45,516 bases of DNA from Thecamonas trahens ATCC 50062 (taxonomy: Eukaryota; Protista; Apusomonadida), in the NCBI RefSeq assembly GCF_000142905.1, contig NW_013657639.1, positions 161,255-206,770 on the forward strand, written 5' to 3'. Numbering within the stretch: position 1 is the stretch's first letter; each line of letters starts with the position of its first letter. Shown one piece after another: positions 19,949-31,057 of this stretch. Below the pieces are notes generated by a model. That model made no database searches and had not been told where the DNA came from. It was given only the letters and a program-made list of their open reading frames with translations. The translations under genes were made by a program, and so were the position numbers.

Positions 19949-20796
19949 AGGTCACACCACTCCCGTGAGTCTCTTGCCGCCGTACCCGCCCGCTTGGCGA
20001 ACAAAAAAAAAATGAATTTTCGCCAGCCTGCCGTTGGCCCCCCCAGCCCGTCGTTCCATGCCTCGCAGCTGCTCTTGGTCCTCCTTCCGCCCTGCTGCCT
20101 CCACCGCGACAACCTCGCAGCCCTTTGTCACGGAATACCGGAAACAGGTCGTCACCACGGCTTGCTCGCCACTCGCTTTCCCCACTTTGCTCCGCCGGTG
20201 GCAACCCACCTTCCCCCCCCCCCTCCGGCATTCTCGCCCAAACGGGGATGCCCTTCGCATTTCTATTCGATCACATCGTGAAGAAGGGAAAACGGGCCCA
20301 AATAAAACACGAGGCGGGGGGGGGGGGCTCACGTAGCATGCACGGCCAGGCCTGGAACACAAGCTTCTACGTACACTAGCAAGGCATGCATATTCTCCTT
20401 CTCGAAGTGGGGCTTCAATGAGGGACGAAGGGGAGGAGGGGAACGGGGTGGTCGGGTGGTCGGGTGGGGCTAGGGAGGTGGAGGTGGCAACGTACAAAGC
20501 GGTGAGAGAAATGGTGCTTTCGCGGCTATCCAATCACGAGCTTCGATTCCTTCAGCGGTTTTTTGGCAAGTGCTCCATTCGGCAACTCCCGCGCCATGCC
20601 AGTGCATGCAGACGATCGGATGCTGGACACGGTTGCATGAGGGAGAGAGGGAGCTTGGTGTGTGTGTGGTGGGGGAGTGCTGGATCTACAAGCTATCTAT
20701 GCCCACCTGGCCAGTTTACCAAGTACCTTTGCCTCGCTGCTCGCCGATGATCGACGATGATCGACGCTGCTTGCGCCGGACGACGCCGGTCAACGC

Positions 20797-21589
20797 TCAT
20801 CGCTTGAGTGTGTCCTTCTTGCTCTTCATGATGACGTTGCCCTCGACATCCTCCATTCCCTTGAGGAGGAGGGCGACGTTGTAGCGGAGGTCGTTAAACT
20901 TTTCTTGGCTCACCTCAAACTGCTTCTTGCTTCCGTCCGAGAGCGAGAGCTCCATCAGGATGGCCGGTTTGAGGACCCGGGTCATGGCTGATGTGGAGAT
21001 GGCAACGTCGACCCGCCACCGCAGCCGCTTGATCGACGGGTACGAGATGCGCGAGTCGAGCCGCGACGCGATCATCTCCGACCGCCTGTCCGCCGCCCAG
21101 ACAGAGCCAGCCAGTTGCAAACGACACAGATCGAGAGGTACGAGAAGAAGCAACATCGGGTGTGGGAAGTGTGGGAAAGCGCGTGAGTGACGGGAGGAGA
21201 GGGTGAACGACCCAGCACGTGACGGGGGGAGGGGGGAGGGGGAGTCCAGGTGTGTGTGTACACTGCAGAACGTACTTTGCACGGAGAACCTTGGACATGG
21301 TCTTGATGTATGCGTCGGGCATGTTGAGGTTGCGCATGGCGGTCTGAAAGTCAATGGTCTTGACTTGGAGGCGGACGGCAGCGTCGACAATGACCTGCAA
21401 CGCTGTGTACACAATGTCGACAGCGTCAGGGCCTAGGGCGGCCATAACAGACTCGGGCACCTCTGTCCCCAGCACCACACCCTGCAGCAGGGCGGTAAAG
21501 GCTGGCCCGGGCACCTTGCGCATCAGTGGCATGGCATTCTTCACCTCGAGTGGCAGGGGCGTGCCCAGGAACTCGACCTCGCCCGACAT
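20797..21589 (-). CDS. COMMD5: COMM domain-containing protein 5
   Basis: Intron 21086-21275 (GTACGT...ACAG, phase 2) joins the two ORFs. C-terminal LRWRVDVAISTSAMTRVLKPAILMELSLSDG...FEVS.EKFNDLRYNVALLLK.M matches the COMMD5 COMM domain. Confidence 0.9.
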
Positions 21590-21733
21590 GTCGCGAGAAG
21601 TGCCCGTCGCGCACGGCAGCGGCAGTCACGAGCGACGCTCGCGCAGGGACCGACCGGCAAGCCGCGGACCATCCATCGGATGTCGTCAGGGCGCTTAATA
21701 GCTGCTGGAGAGCGACTCACTCGTTTACTCTTG

Positions 21734-22525
21734 CTACACCAGAACCGGGCCGACAAAGCCGTTTGCATCACGGGCCGGCATGGAGAGCTTGACGCCATGG
21801 GCAGCGCCGTACTCGATGGCGCTGTTGTAGACCATCAGGACGGCCTGCTCGGCCTCGTGACGCGAGCTCGCTGTAATCCGGATCCACCGCATGCCATCGA
21901 CAACCTCCTCCCGCTCTGCAACCTTGATCTCCGCGCCCGAGGTCTGTCGAATGAGCCCGATTGTCTCGCCCTTTCGCCCGATGACTCCCAGCGAGACCGC
22001 GTCGGGCACATGTACCGTCACTGTCACCCTCTGCCCACCCGGCGCAGCCAGAGCAACGCCGCCGCTAGCCGCAGGCGCCAGCCCTAGCCCGCCAGCAATG
22101 CCCGGTCGGCCCTGCAGCCGCGCCATCCGCGACGGATGCATCCGCGGCCCACCAGCACCACCCACTCCCGATGCAGCCACACCCTGTGACGGGGGGTTTT
22201 GTGGCGGTACAGCCTGTGGCGGGAGGCCTGGCGGCGGTGCAAGCGGTGCGGCGGGTGCCTTGCCAGCCACCACATCATACGGAATCTGGGTCAGTCGGGC
22301 AAACTTGCGCAGTGCAGCCTCCTTGGACGCCAGAGCAGCAGCATACGCCTGCTCCCTTAGCTCCTCCTTCTCCCTCCGTCCACCTCCGCGCCGCTCTCTC
22401 CTGCTCCGTCCGCTCCGTCTCCGTCCTCCATGCGAGTGCGAGTGCGACTGTGACCGTGACCGTGAACGCGACCGCGACCGCGACCGCGACCGTGACCGCG
22501 ACCGTGACCGACTTTCACCTCGCAT
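21734..22525 (-). CDS. RS-repeat, single KH-domain RNA-binding protein
   Basis: N-terminal (RS)n tract, Pro/Gly linker with MHPSRMARL, and a type I KH domain VHVPD..LGVIGRKGETIGLIRQTSGAEIKV (GxxG loop). The 5' end is uncertain because of the nearby gap. Confidence 0.82.
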   Translation of the reverse strand: MRGESRSRSRSRSRSRSRSRSRSRSQSHSHSHGGRRRSGRSRRERRGGGRREKEELREQAYAAALASKEAALRKFARLTQIPYDVVAGKAPAAPLAPPPGLPPQAVPPQNPPSQGVAASGVGGAGGPRMHPSRMARLQGRPGIAGGLGLAPAASGGVALAAPGGQRVTVTVHVPDAVSLGVIGRKGETIGLIRQTSGAEIKVAEREEVVDGMRWIRITASSRHEAEQAVLMVYNSAIEYGAAHGVKLSMPARDANGFVGPVLV

Positions 22526-22668
22526 ATCCACCCTGTCCCTAGAGTGCAGTCTGTTCGCCTACCCCGTTGGCCTTGCCCTCTGTCCCGCGCACTGCTCACG
22601 GCGAGCCAACCCGGTCACTGACAACTCGATCCGACCAGGGCTGTCACACTGCGGAGCCCCCCCCCCCT

Positions 22669-22768
22669 NNNNNNNNNNNNNNNNNNNNNNNNNNNNNNNN
22701 NNNNNNNNNNNNNNNNNNNNNNNNNNNNNNNNNNNNNNNNNNNNNNNNNNNNNNNNNNNNNNNNNNNN
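22669..22768. other. Assembly gap (100 N)
   Basis: Run of N next to poly-C/G tracts. Confidence 0.99.
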
Positions 22769-22872
22769 AGACAGGGGGTTTTCCCCAGGGGGGGGGCCCC
22801 CCCCCCCCCCCCCCCACCCCCCCTTATTCAATTAAAACCATACATACACTCTCTCACACACCCTCACACACA

Positions 22873-22919
<47 letters not shown>

Positions 22920-22971
22920 CCCCCCTACCCTCTATCCACATCCCTTGTCGCCCCCGCTCTCGCGCACGCAC

Positions 22972-25080
22972 ATGCCACCGTCGCTTGTACCCTCTCTCGC
23001 TCCGACGTTGGTCCTGGTCCTGGTTCTGGCGCTCTCCCTGTTGGTACTGGCTGATCCGCTAGCTGTAGAGCCAGAAGGAGTGCCTCAGTCCGATTCGCTC
23101 TCGCTACCGGTCCTCTATCTGGATACTAATGGCTCGATCGTGCCCAAAGAGCCGCGTATTCCGGCTACACTGATGCTGCTCGACCCGCTGCCACTGCCGG
23201 GCGGTGCCGCGACTGCCAACGTGTCGAACCTCGTGCCGAGCGCTGTGTACGAAGCGTCGATCGAACGGCGTGGGCAGACGTCGATTCACTTTCCCAAGCG
23301 CCAGCTGCTAATGCACACTGAGCTCCATGGCGTAGTCCTGCTCGGCCTGCCGGCCACCCACAAGTGGGTCTTGCACGGGCCGTGGGTCGATCGCACCCAT
23401 GTCCGCAACGCCTTCACCTACGCTCTTGTCCGGACCGCCTTTGGCCGCTACGCGCCGCTCACCACCTTTGCCGAGCTCTTTCTCGACCAGGCCGCCGAGC
23501 CGGTCCTCAACATGGAGACCAACTACATGGGAGTTTACACGATTGTCCAGAAGATCTCCACCGCCTCGGCCTCGCTCGACATCTCCAAGTCGCACGGGAT
23601 GGTGCTCAAGTTTGGCGTCGCTGGCGACGACGACGTTGCGGTTGACGTCATCAATGACGCCGGCGTCAACGTCTCGTGCGTCATCGAGCACCCCGACGTC
23701 GAAGACCTCACCGCTGCCCGCTTTGACGACATCGCAGAGACTGTTCGCGCTGTCTCCCGCGAGCTGGCAGCGTGCAACACCTCGCTCCCCTGCAACTACG
23801 CTCCGCTCATCGACGTCGCCTCGTTTGTCGACTTTGTCATTGTCCAGGAGCTCTCCAAGAACATCGACGCCTACCGCAAGTCGTTCTTCCTCCACAAGGA
23901 CACCCACGACAAGTTGACCGCAGGCCCTGTCTGGGACTTTAACATTGCTTGGGGCAAGTCCAACTTTCTGGACGGCGACACCGTCGACGGCTTTGTCTTT
24001 GCCAACCCGGACATGCTTGCCGAGGACCCGTCGCCGCCGTTTTGGATCTCGGCCCTGCTGGCTGACCCGGCCTTTGCCTGCGCGTTGCGCTTCCGCTATG
24101 TGCTGCTGCGCCAAGGCCCGCTCGGAGATGCCCCGCTCGTTGCCCTGTTCAACGCAACGCTCGCCGCCATCCCCCCTTCCGCCTTTGCCCGCAACTTTGA
24201 GCGCTGGCCGCTCCTCGGCCACTGGATCTGGCCCGACCCCTACGGCCGCTCACCCGAGTCGGTCGCCCAGGCCGCCGACTGGACCATCGACTTTATCCTC
24301 GCTCGCGCTGCCTGGCTCGATGCTGCGCTCCCTGCGCTTGGCCCGGCCGTCTGCCCGCCCCGCCCACCGCCTACCGCCACGTTGGCCAGCGACGCACCTG
24401 CTGCTCTGGTCACAGGCGGCCACGTCCAAGTTCAATTCTCCACCGGCATGGACACGGCCGCAGTCGAGGCCTCTCTTCGCATTATGCGCGACGGCGATAC
24501 AGAATCCGGCTCTGGCCTGGCCTGGCGCGCCTCGTGGCGCGACTCAGGTGAGTTGCTGCGGCTAACAGTTGAGCCCGACCAAGCCGGCCTCGTGTGGGGC
24601 GCCCATTACGTTATTGAGATTCAGCAGCCAGTGTCCGCCCTCGGCGTGGTGGCGCCCAACCCAATAGCGCTCCAACTCACCGCTGCCGCCGCGCCGCCGC
24701 CACCGCCATCGCCACCGCCGCCGCCACCGCCACCGCCGCCACCGTCGCCACCGCCGTCGCCGTCGCCACCGCCCCCTGCAGTGACCGCCACGTCTGGCAC
24801 ACTCCACATCGGCGGCCTCGACGAACACTCCGAGGCATCGACGTGGGCAACCGTCAAGGCGCTCGTGCTGGTGAGCGTTCTCGTGGTCTGCGGGCTCCTC
24901 GCCTGGCGCCGGTGGTACGCGGCTCCGTTTGCGCTCATCACAGACATCTCGGTCGATCTGGAGCGCCGCGGCATGCTCGATGCAAGCGGAACGGGTGTTA
25001 TTGTGGGAGAGAGAGGGTTCGACGAGGGACGAGGGAGCTCGGACGACGGCGACGACGGCATCCGCCTTCTTCCGCTCTGA
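22972..25080 (+). CDS. CotH-family kinase with Ig-like (Big_5/SbsA-type) domain, Pro-rich stalk and C-terminal TM
   Basis: Signal peptide; SLPVLYLDT, RRGQTS..FPK, WVLHGPWVDRTHVRN, YMGVY, IDVASFVDF....ELSKNIDAY, AGPVWDFNIAWG and RAAWLD are CotH motifs. VQFSTGMDTAAVE...L..G..Y.I.I is Ig-like. Then (SPPPP)n and a TM helix ending WRRW. Confidence 0.88.
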   Translation: MPPSLVPSLAPTLVLVLVLALSLLVLADPLAVEPEGVPQSDSLSLPVLYLDTNGSIVPKEPRIPATLMLLDPLPLPGGAATANVSNLVPSAVYEASIERRGQTSIHFPKRQLLMHTELHGVVLLGLPATHKWVLHGPWVDRTHVRNAFTYALVRTAFGRYAPLTTFAELFLDQAAEPVLNMETNYMGVYTIVQKISTASASLDISKSHGMVLKFGVAGDDDVAVDVINDAGVNVSCVIEHPDVEDLTAARFDDIAETVRAVSRELAACNTSLPCNYAPLIDVASFVDFVIVQELSKNIDAYRKSFFLHKDTHDKLTAGPVWDFNIAWGKSNFLDGDTVDGFVFANPDMLAEDPSPPFWISALLADPAFACALRFRYVLLRQGPLGDAPLVALFNATLAAIPPSAFARNFERWPLLGHWIWPDPYGRSPESVAQAADWTIDFILARAAWLDAALPALGPAVCPPRPPPTATLASDAPAALVTGGHVQVQFSTGMDTAAVEASLRIMRDGDTESGSGLAWRASWRDSGELLRLTVEPDQAGLVWGAHYVIEIQQPVSALGVVAPNPIALQLTAAAAPPPPPSPPPPPPPPPPPSPPPSPSPPPPAVTATSGTLHIGGLDEHSEASTWATVKALVLVSVLVVCGLLAWRRWYAAPFALITDISVDLERRGMLDASGTGVIVGERGFDEGRGSSDDGDDGIRLLPL

Positions 25081-25087
25081 GAAGGCG

Positions 25088-25947
25088 TCAGAGTGTAGCG
25101 ATTGTCGCTGCGCCGGGGTAGTCGGGCAGCGCAAGCTTGTGCTTGGCGGCCACGTCCGGCGGGACAAAGCGGCCGCCGATGATGTGCGTCCCGTCAAAGT
25201 GCAGTGCACAGAGCTTGGGCAGCGTGAGCGAGACGAGGACCGCCGGCGAAAGGCCGACGCCGTTGACGTCGCCGGCATCAACGTCCCAACCCGACGGCAC
25301 GTCGACTGAGACCACCGGCTTGTCACACCTGGCCATCGCCGCCACCACTGCGTCGAGCGGCGCCCGCAGCTTGCCCTTGAACGAAAGCCAAAGACAGCGT
25401 CGAGAACGAGATCAAAGTCGTCGAGGGCAGGCCCGTCGTCGGCCGAGCGCGAGATGGGAATCCCGAGTGCCGCGCACTGATGCAGGAGCCGCTCAAAGAG
25501 CTCCTCAGACCGGCTTGACGTGTACGGGTTCCACACGCTCACCTCGTAGCCCATATGGACGAGATGGCGAGCGGCGATGAAGCCATCGCCACCGTTGTTT
25601 CCGCCGCCCGAGACCACCACCACACGCTTGGCCTGAGCCGCTGGATACGTCGCCGCCACCGCATGCGCCACCGCCAGACCCGCCAACTCCATAAGCTGCA
25701 GCGTATGGAAGCCTCCCAACTCACCCAGCAAATCCATGTCCACAGCCAGCGCATCAGCTGCCGTCAGATACTATGCATCACCCACCATTGCCCGCCCATT
25801 GCCCGCCACCTGCCCATGTCAGTCGACCCTTTGCCCTCACACCTCGCCCTTGCACCTCGCCCTTGCACCGCCCTCGCACCTGCGTACTGTGATGCCGTCC
25901 ACAGTACGGCTTGCCAGGGGTAGAACCGGTTCCTCGTGCGATGCCAT
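25088..25947 (-). CDS. NAXE: NAD(P)H-hydrate epimerase (YjeF_N)
   Basis: Exon 1 25888-25947, intron 25771-25887 (GTACGC...ATAG). YLTAADALAVD..L.....F...QLMELAGL, GGGNNGGDG, DAVFGF(S)FKG, SVDVPSGWDV, VSLTLPK, GGRFVP. One base is missing at the T run (25384-25386). Confidence 0.92.
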
Positions 25948-26303
25948 ACTTGAAGTGAGCGTGACGAGTGTAACCACCTTCCCCACCCCCACCTCTGTGG
26001 TTGCCCACCACATCTGCTGGAGCACGTGGTGAGCCAATCGAAGCATGCTTCTTTCCCCAATACCAACCACCAGCCGTCAGTCCCGTGCCTCGACCCACAG
26101 CTTTGTTGTTGATTCGCAAGTTGGCTGCCATGTCGCTCGCACGACCACCCGCAGCACAGCAAGCCGTCACAGCATCCTTGGCAAAAACCTGACCAAAGCG
26201 CCTGCCATGGCAACCACTCCCTCTTCCCCCTCCCCTCCCCCCAACAACAGACACAGACCCAGACAGACTCTCTTACACACCACACCACTCCACGCCCCTC
26301 GCC

Positions 26304-28263
26304 ATGGCCTCGGGGAAGCAGGCGCTCCTCAATTGGGCGCGTCGTGTGTGTGGGCAGATGGGAGTGCCCATCAAGGGCTTTTCCAAGTATGTTGGTGTGT
26401 GTGTGGTGGGGGGTGGGGGGGTGGGGGGTGGGGGTGGGGTTGGTGTGAGGTGGAGTAGGTAGGGGGAANNNNNNNNNNNNNNNNNNNNNNNNNNNNNNNN
26501 NNNNNNNNNNNNNNNNNNNNNNNNNNNNNNNNNNNNNNNNNNNNNNNNNNNNNNNNNNNNNNNNNNNNCTGCAGTTGTCATCTTTCACTATCAGAGCCCG
26601 TCACGTCATATCATAAGATCACAACTATCTTCGTTGTGAGATCCTGTTTCGCATAAGACTCCAGGTACTTGTCGTTTCCGTTCACGGGTGTGTTCTCTCT
26701 CGCTCACCGAGGACGCCCTCGGGAATCATTGCGGCAGCGTCATATCCGCATCCGGTCCGAGTCCTCCCCTTCCAGAGCTTCTAGGTGGCCGCATCATGCG
26801 TTCATGCATCACAGAGGCCTCGTGTACGTTATACCGGGCAGCTAGCATGTGGTCGGCACCCAGTCTCCGGCAGCACCCGGGCAATCTAAAGGGGTGATCC
26901 CATGGGTTTCTTGGGGAGTGGGAGTATGGGGAAAGGGGAGGGGGGGTGGGGGCATGGGGGTGGGTGGAGGGGGGGCATGTGAGGGAAACTCATTCATATG
27001 GGTTCTTGTACGTGTGTGTGGTTGTGTGATTGTGTGGATGTGTGCGTGTGCATGTATTTATGTGTGCGTGCGCTTTCGTATGGGTGTGGTGACTGGCCGA
27101 CTCGGTGCTTTGGCGCGTGGGTGGAGGGGGGTAGGTGCTGGAAAGACGGTAAGGGCTTCCTGGCGCTGTTTGCTTACCATCGGCCTGACTTGCTCCCTTG
27201 GAACACGGTGGCGGAGCTGGACTCGTCGTCAGATGCTGCCTGCCTTCGTCGCATTGATCTGGCGTTCAAGACTGGCGAGCAGATCGGTGTCGAGGCTATG
27301 ATGGATGCCGAGGATGTGTACGTGTGCCAGGACTCCAAGTGCATCATGCTGTACCTCGCCATGGCCTTTCGCTTCTTCAAGGCCAACCCAGGAAACCCGA
27401 CGCCGGTCAACCCGCTGCCGCCGAGCGCGTATGCACCGCCATCGGCTGCCAAGACGCCGGCTCCATCGGCAGCTTCCAAGGTCGTTGTCAGGAAGGGCGG
27501 TCCGCGTGGAGCGGCGCTCGCGCCACGGGCAAAAGCCGCGGACGCATGTATCGCTTGCGGCAAAAAGGTGTTCAAGATGGACAAAAAGGTGAATCTCAAG
27601 CATCCACCGCGCCTCTACCACAAGCCGTGCTTCAAGTGCGCCGACTGCAACAAGATGCTCGACGAGCGCACGTACAAGGTCCACGCTGCCTCGGACACCA
27701 TTGTCTGTGCCCGCCACCTGCGCGCCCGTGAGCGCGAGAACAAGGCTGCGCCGGCAGCTAGCGCGACTCCTGCTCCCGCAGTTGCACCCATACCTGCACC
27801 AGCACCCGCGCCAGCACTTACGCCCGTCACGCCGGAGCCCAAGCGAGAGTGCGCCGAGTGCCGCATCAAGCTCACCAACCTCACTGCGTACGTGCTCGAC
27901 GGACGCGACCTCTGTGGGCGGCACCATCGCCAGGCCATGGCCCAGCCAAGTCGGGTGGCCAAGCCCGAGCCGGTAGCCGAGTCGACTACCCGCGCCGATG
28001 TCTGTCCGGCGTGCTCGCGCAAGATCTACGTTCTCGACGCCAAAGCCACCATCGAGGGCCGCGAGTTCCACAAGGCATGCATGGTGTGCGCAAAGTGCTC
28101 ACGGGCACTTACTCAGATCTCAGCTCGCCTCTCTCCAGCCGGCGCGCTGCTCTGCAGTCGCGACTACCGCTCGGCGCTGAAGGCTGAGTCCGAATCAGCG
28201 TCGCAGCCGGCGCCTGCTGTTGCTACTGATCCCAAGCCCGCGCCTCCTGCCAAGCCCAAGTCT

Positions 28264-28301
<38 letters not shown>

Positions 28302-30924
28302 ACCCGAACCCGAGCCCGAGCCCCCTGCGCCGACTGAAGTCGAGGTCGGCACTTGTCCGGCCTGCAACGCCACCATTGTCACCACCGACTCACAGATTAC
28401 CTTTGAGGACGGCTTGTATCACAAGGCGTGCCTGGCTTGTGCGGGCTGTGGCAAGGCCCTGAGCGCTGCTATGGCTCGTGTCCACAGCGGCGTGATTCTG
28501 TGCGGGCGCGACTATCGCGCCGCACTCAAGACTGATCGCAGCCAAGCCAAGCCCGACCCCAAGCCTGAACCCGTGGTCGAGCGGGTGGCCGAGGCTGTAG
28601 TCGAGCGGGTGGCTGAGCCGGCAACTACTGCCGCCGTTCTCGGCACCTGCACCGCCTGCGCCAAGGAGGTGACAAGCGACGACAAGAAGATCAAGTTCAA
28701 AGGCAGGCTCTTCCACAAGACCTGCTTTGTGTGCAGTGCCGATGGGTGCGGTACCAAGCTCAAGAAGGCTGTTGCACATCTGGTTGGCAACGCGGTGCGC
28801 TGTGCCAAGCACAAGGACGCTGGCGCAAGTGCTGGCAATGGGGCTGCCGCCGTTCTCGGCACCTGTACCGCCTGCGCCAAGGAGGTGACAAGCGACGACA
28901 AGAAGATCAAGTTCAAAGGCAGGCTCTTTCACAAGACCTGCTTTGTGTGCAGTGCCGATGGGTGCGGTACCAAGCTCAAGAAGGCTGTTGCACATCTGGT
29001 TGGCTACGCGGTGCGCTGTGCCAAGCACAAGGACGCTGGCGCAAGTGCTGGCAATGGGGCTGCCGCCGTTCTCGGCACCTGTACCGCCTGCGCCAAGGAG
29101 GTGACAAGCGACGACAAGAAGATCAAGTTCAAAGGCAGGCTCTTCCACAAGACCTGCTTTGTGTGCAGTGCCGATGGGTGCGGTACCAAGCTCAAGAAGG
29201 CTGTTGCACATCTGGTTGGCAACGCGGTGCGCTGTGCCAAGCACAAGGACGCTGGCGCAAGTGCTGGCAATGGGGCTGCCGCCGTTCTCGGCACCTGTAC
29301 CGCCTGCGCCAAGGAGGTGACAAGCGACGACAAGAAGATCAAGTTCAAAGGCAGGCTCTTCCACAAGACCTGCTTTGTGTGCAGTGCCGATGGGTGCGGC
29401 ACCAAGCTCAAGAAGGCTGTTGCGCATCTGGTCGGCAACGCGGTGCGCTGCGCCAACCATGTCTCGGACCCTGAGCCGGCCATCGCAGTGCCCGCTCCCA
29501 CCGCCACCCCGGACGTTGTCGAGCCGGCTATCGCAGAGCCCGCTCCTACCGCCACCCCGGACGTTGTCGAGCCGGCTATCGCAGAGCCCGCTCCTACCGC
29601 CACCCCGGACGTTGTCGAGCCGGCCATCGCAGAGCCCGCTCCTACCGCCACCCCAGACCCCACCGATCCCGCCATCCCGGACCCTCAACCAGACACCACA
29701 GCAGATGCGCCCAAGACCCGCAAGTGGAAACGCGGGTCGGGTGCGTTCGGGTCCAATCCCGCTCTCCAGCGTCTCAAGCAGCGCCAAGAGGCCGCGCGCA
29801 AGATGCGCGAGGCGCAGGCAGCAGAGGCAGCCAAAGCCGAGGCTGCGCCGACAGCAGATGTCGCCGGCGACGCCGATAGTGACGCTGCGGTTGACCAAGA
29901 ACCCGAGGCCTCGCCCAGCGCTACAGCAGTCGCCGACAAGGCATCGGCCGACGCGGCGACGCCGACTCGCAATCGCTCTACCTCGATCCGCTGGTCGCTC
30001 ACGCCGCCCAGCATTCACGAGTACGTCCGCGGTGAGTCGTACACTTGCTCCGACGACGACACAGAGAGCGAGTACGAGTCGACTTATGAGTATGACGAGG
30101 AGATCGAACTCCCGACATCGCTGCCCGAGGCGCTGGTCGAGCTCGAAGAGACCAAGGCCCGTGTTGATGCCGCCAAGACCGCCGGCGAGCCCGTTGAGGA
30201 GCTGATGGACCTTCTGCTCGACCTCAAGCAGCGAGTCCGCTTCCTTGAGAAGGAGGCTGAGGCCGAGGCCGAGGCCGAGGCTGAGACAGCCGATGCTACC
30301 GACGTACTCGGCTCCGCAACGCCTACCAACGCCGGCACCAAAGCGCCTGCCCTTGACTCCCCCGCCACCACAGACGACGCACCCAAGACCCGCAAGTGGC
30401 GCCAGGGCGCCTCCGCGTTTAGCACCAACCCGGCCCTGAAGCGGCTCCAACAGCGTCGTGAGCTGTTCCGCAAACAGGCTGAAGAGAAGCGTAAGCAGCA
30501 GGATGCTACCGAGCCCACCACCGCCGCCGCTACCGCACCCACCGACAACGCAGAGTCCGCTCCCGAGACCGCTTCCTCGGTCGACGACGAGCGTGAAGCC
30601 CGGATCGCCGCCGCCCGCGCCGAGGCTGAAGCCGAGATTGCCGCCCGCAAGGCCGTCGCAAGCGCCGCTGCCAACGGCGACCGCATCGCGCTCGAGCCCA
30701 ACAAGGCAGACCCCTCGGTCTGCGCCGCATGCTCAAAGGGCATCTACGCCAATGACCCCACGATCAAGCTCGCCAAGGACGAGTACACCCTTCACAAGAT
30801 GTGCTGCGTCTGCTCGACTTGTGGTGCCACCCTCAAGCCATCGGGCACCAAGATCGAAGACAGTCACATATTCTGCCGCCGCCACCATCGCACATACCTC
30901 CAGCAGCGCGATGGCGAGGCGTAA
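26304..30924 (+). CDS. Calponin-homology + multi-LIM cytoskeletal protein (about 8 full LIM domains plus one half LIM)
   Basis: Exon 1 MASGKQALLNWARRVC...FSK, intron 26387-27134 (GTATGT...GTAG, contains a gap), exon 2 CWKDGKGFLAL..YHRPDLL...AF....IGVEAMMDAEDV....DSKCIMLYL (CH domain). Repeated CxxC-x16-20-HxxCxxC...C-x-CxxH/D LIM patterns. Confidence 0.9.
26469..26568. other. Assembly gap (100 N) in the CH-LIM intron
   Basis: Run of N. Confidence 0.99.
28630..29456 (+). repeat. 216-bp coding tandem repeat, about 3.8 copies, each one LIM domain plus linker
   Basis: Units start at 28630, 28846, 29062 and 29278 and are nearly identical at the nucleotide level. Confidence 0.97.
29473..29658 (+). 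repeat. 48-bp coding tandem repeat (EPAIAEPAPTATPDVV), about 3.9 copies
   Basis: Units start at 29473, 29521, 29569 and 29617. Confidence 0.93.
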
Positions 30925-31057
30925 ACCTCCCTTCCTCTCCCTTTGCCACCGAATCCGCATCGTGCTCCCGTCCCCCCCCTCCCCGGCCGCCGAACACCGA
31001 TCCAGCGACCGTCGTCACCCTGACTCACCGCCACCTGTCGCCATACACACCCCGACC

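Noticed and set aside
6501-25080. A single functional 'surface/defence' gene cluster (aegerolysin-like, DD3-3, 7TM, Reeler-DOMON, LOX-like, CotH)
   Set aside because: The genes are in mixed orientation, interleaved with housekeeping genes (COMMD5, KH protein), and share no upstream motif I can see. Synteny or co-expression data would be needed to claim a system.
30458-31057. Pro-rich N-terminal extension of the ankyrin ORF
   Set aside because: It overlaps the last LIM-coding region in another frame; the ATG at 31058 directly precedes the first repeat.
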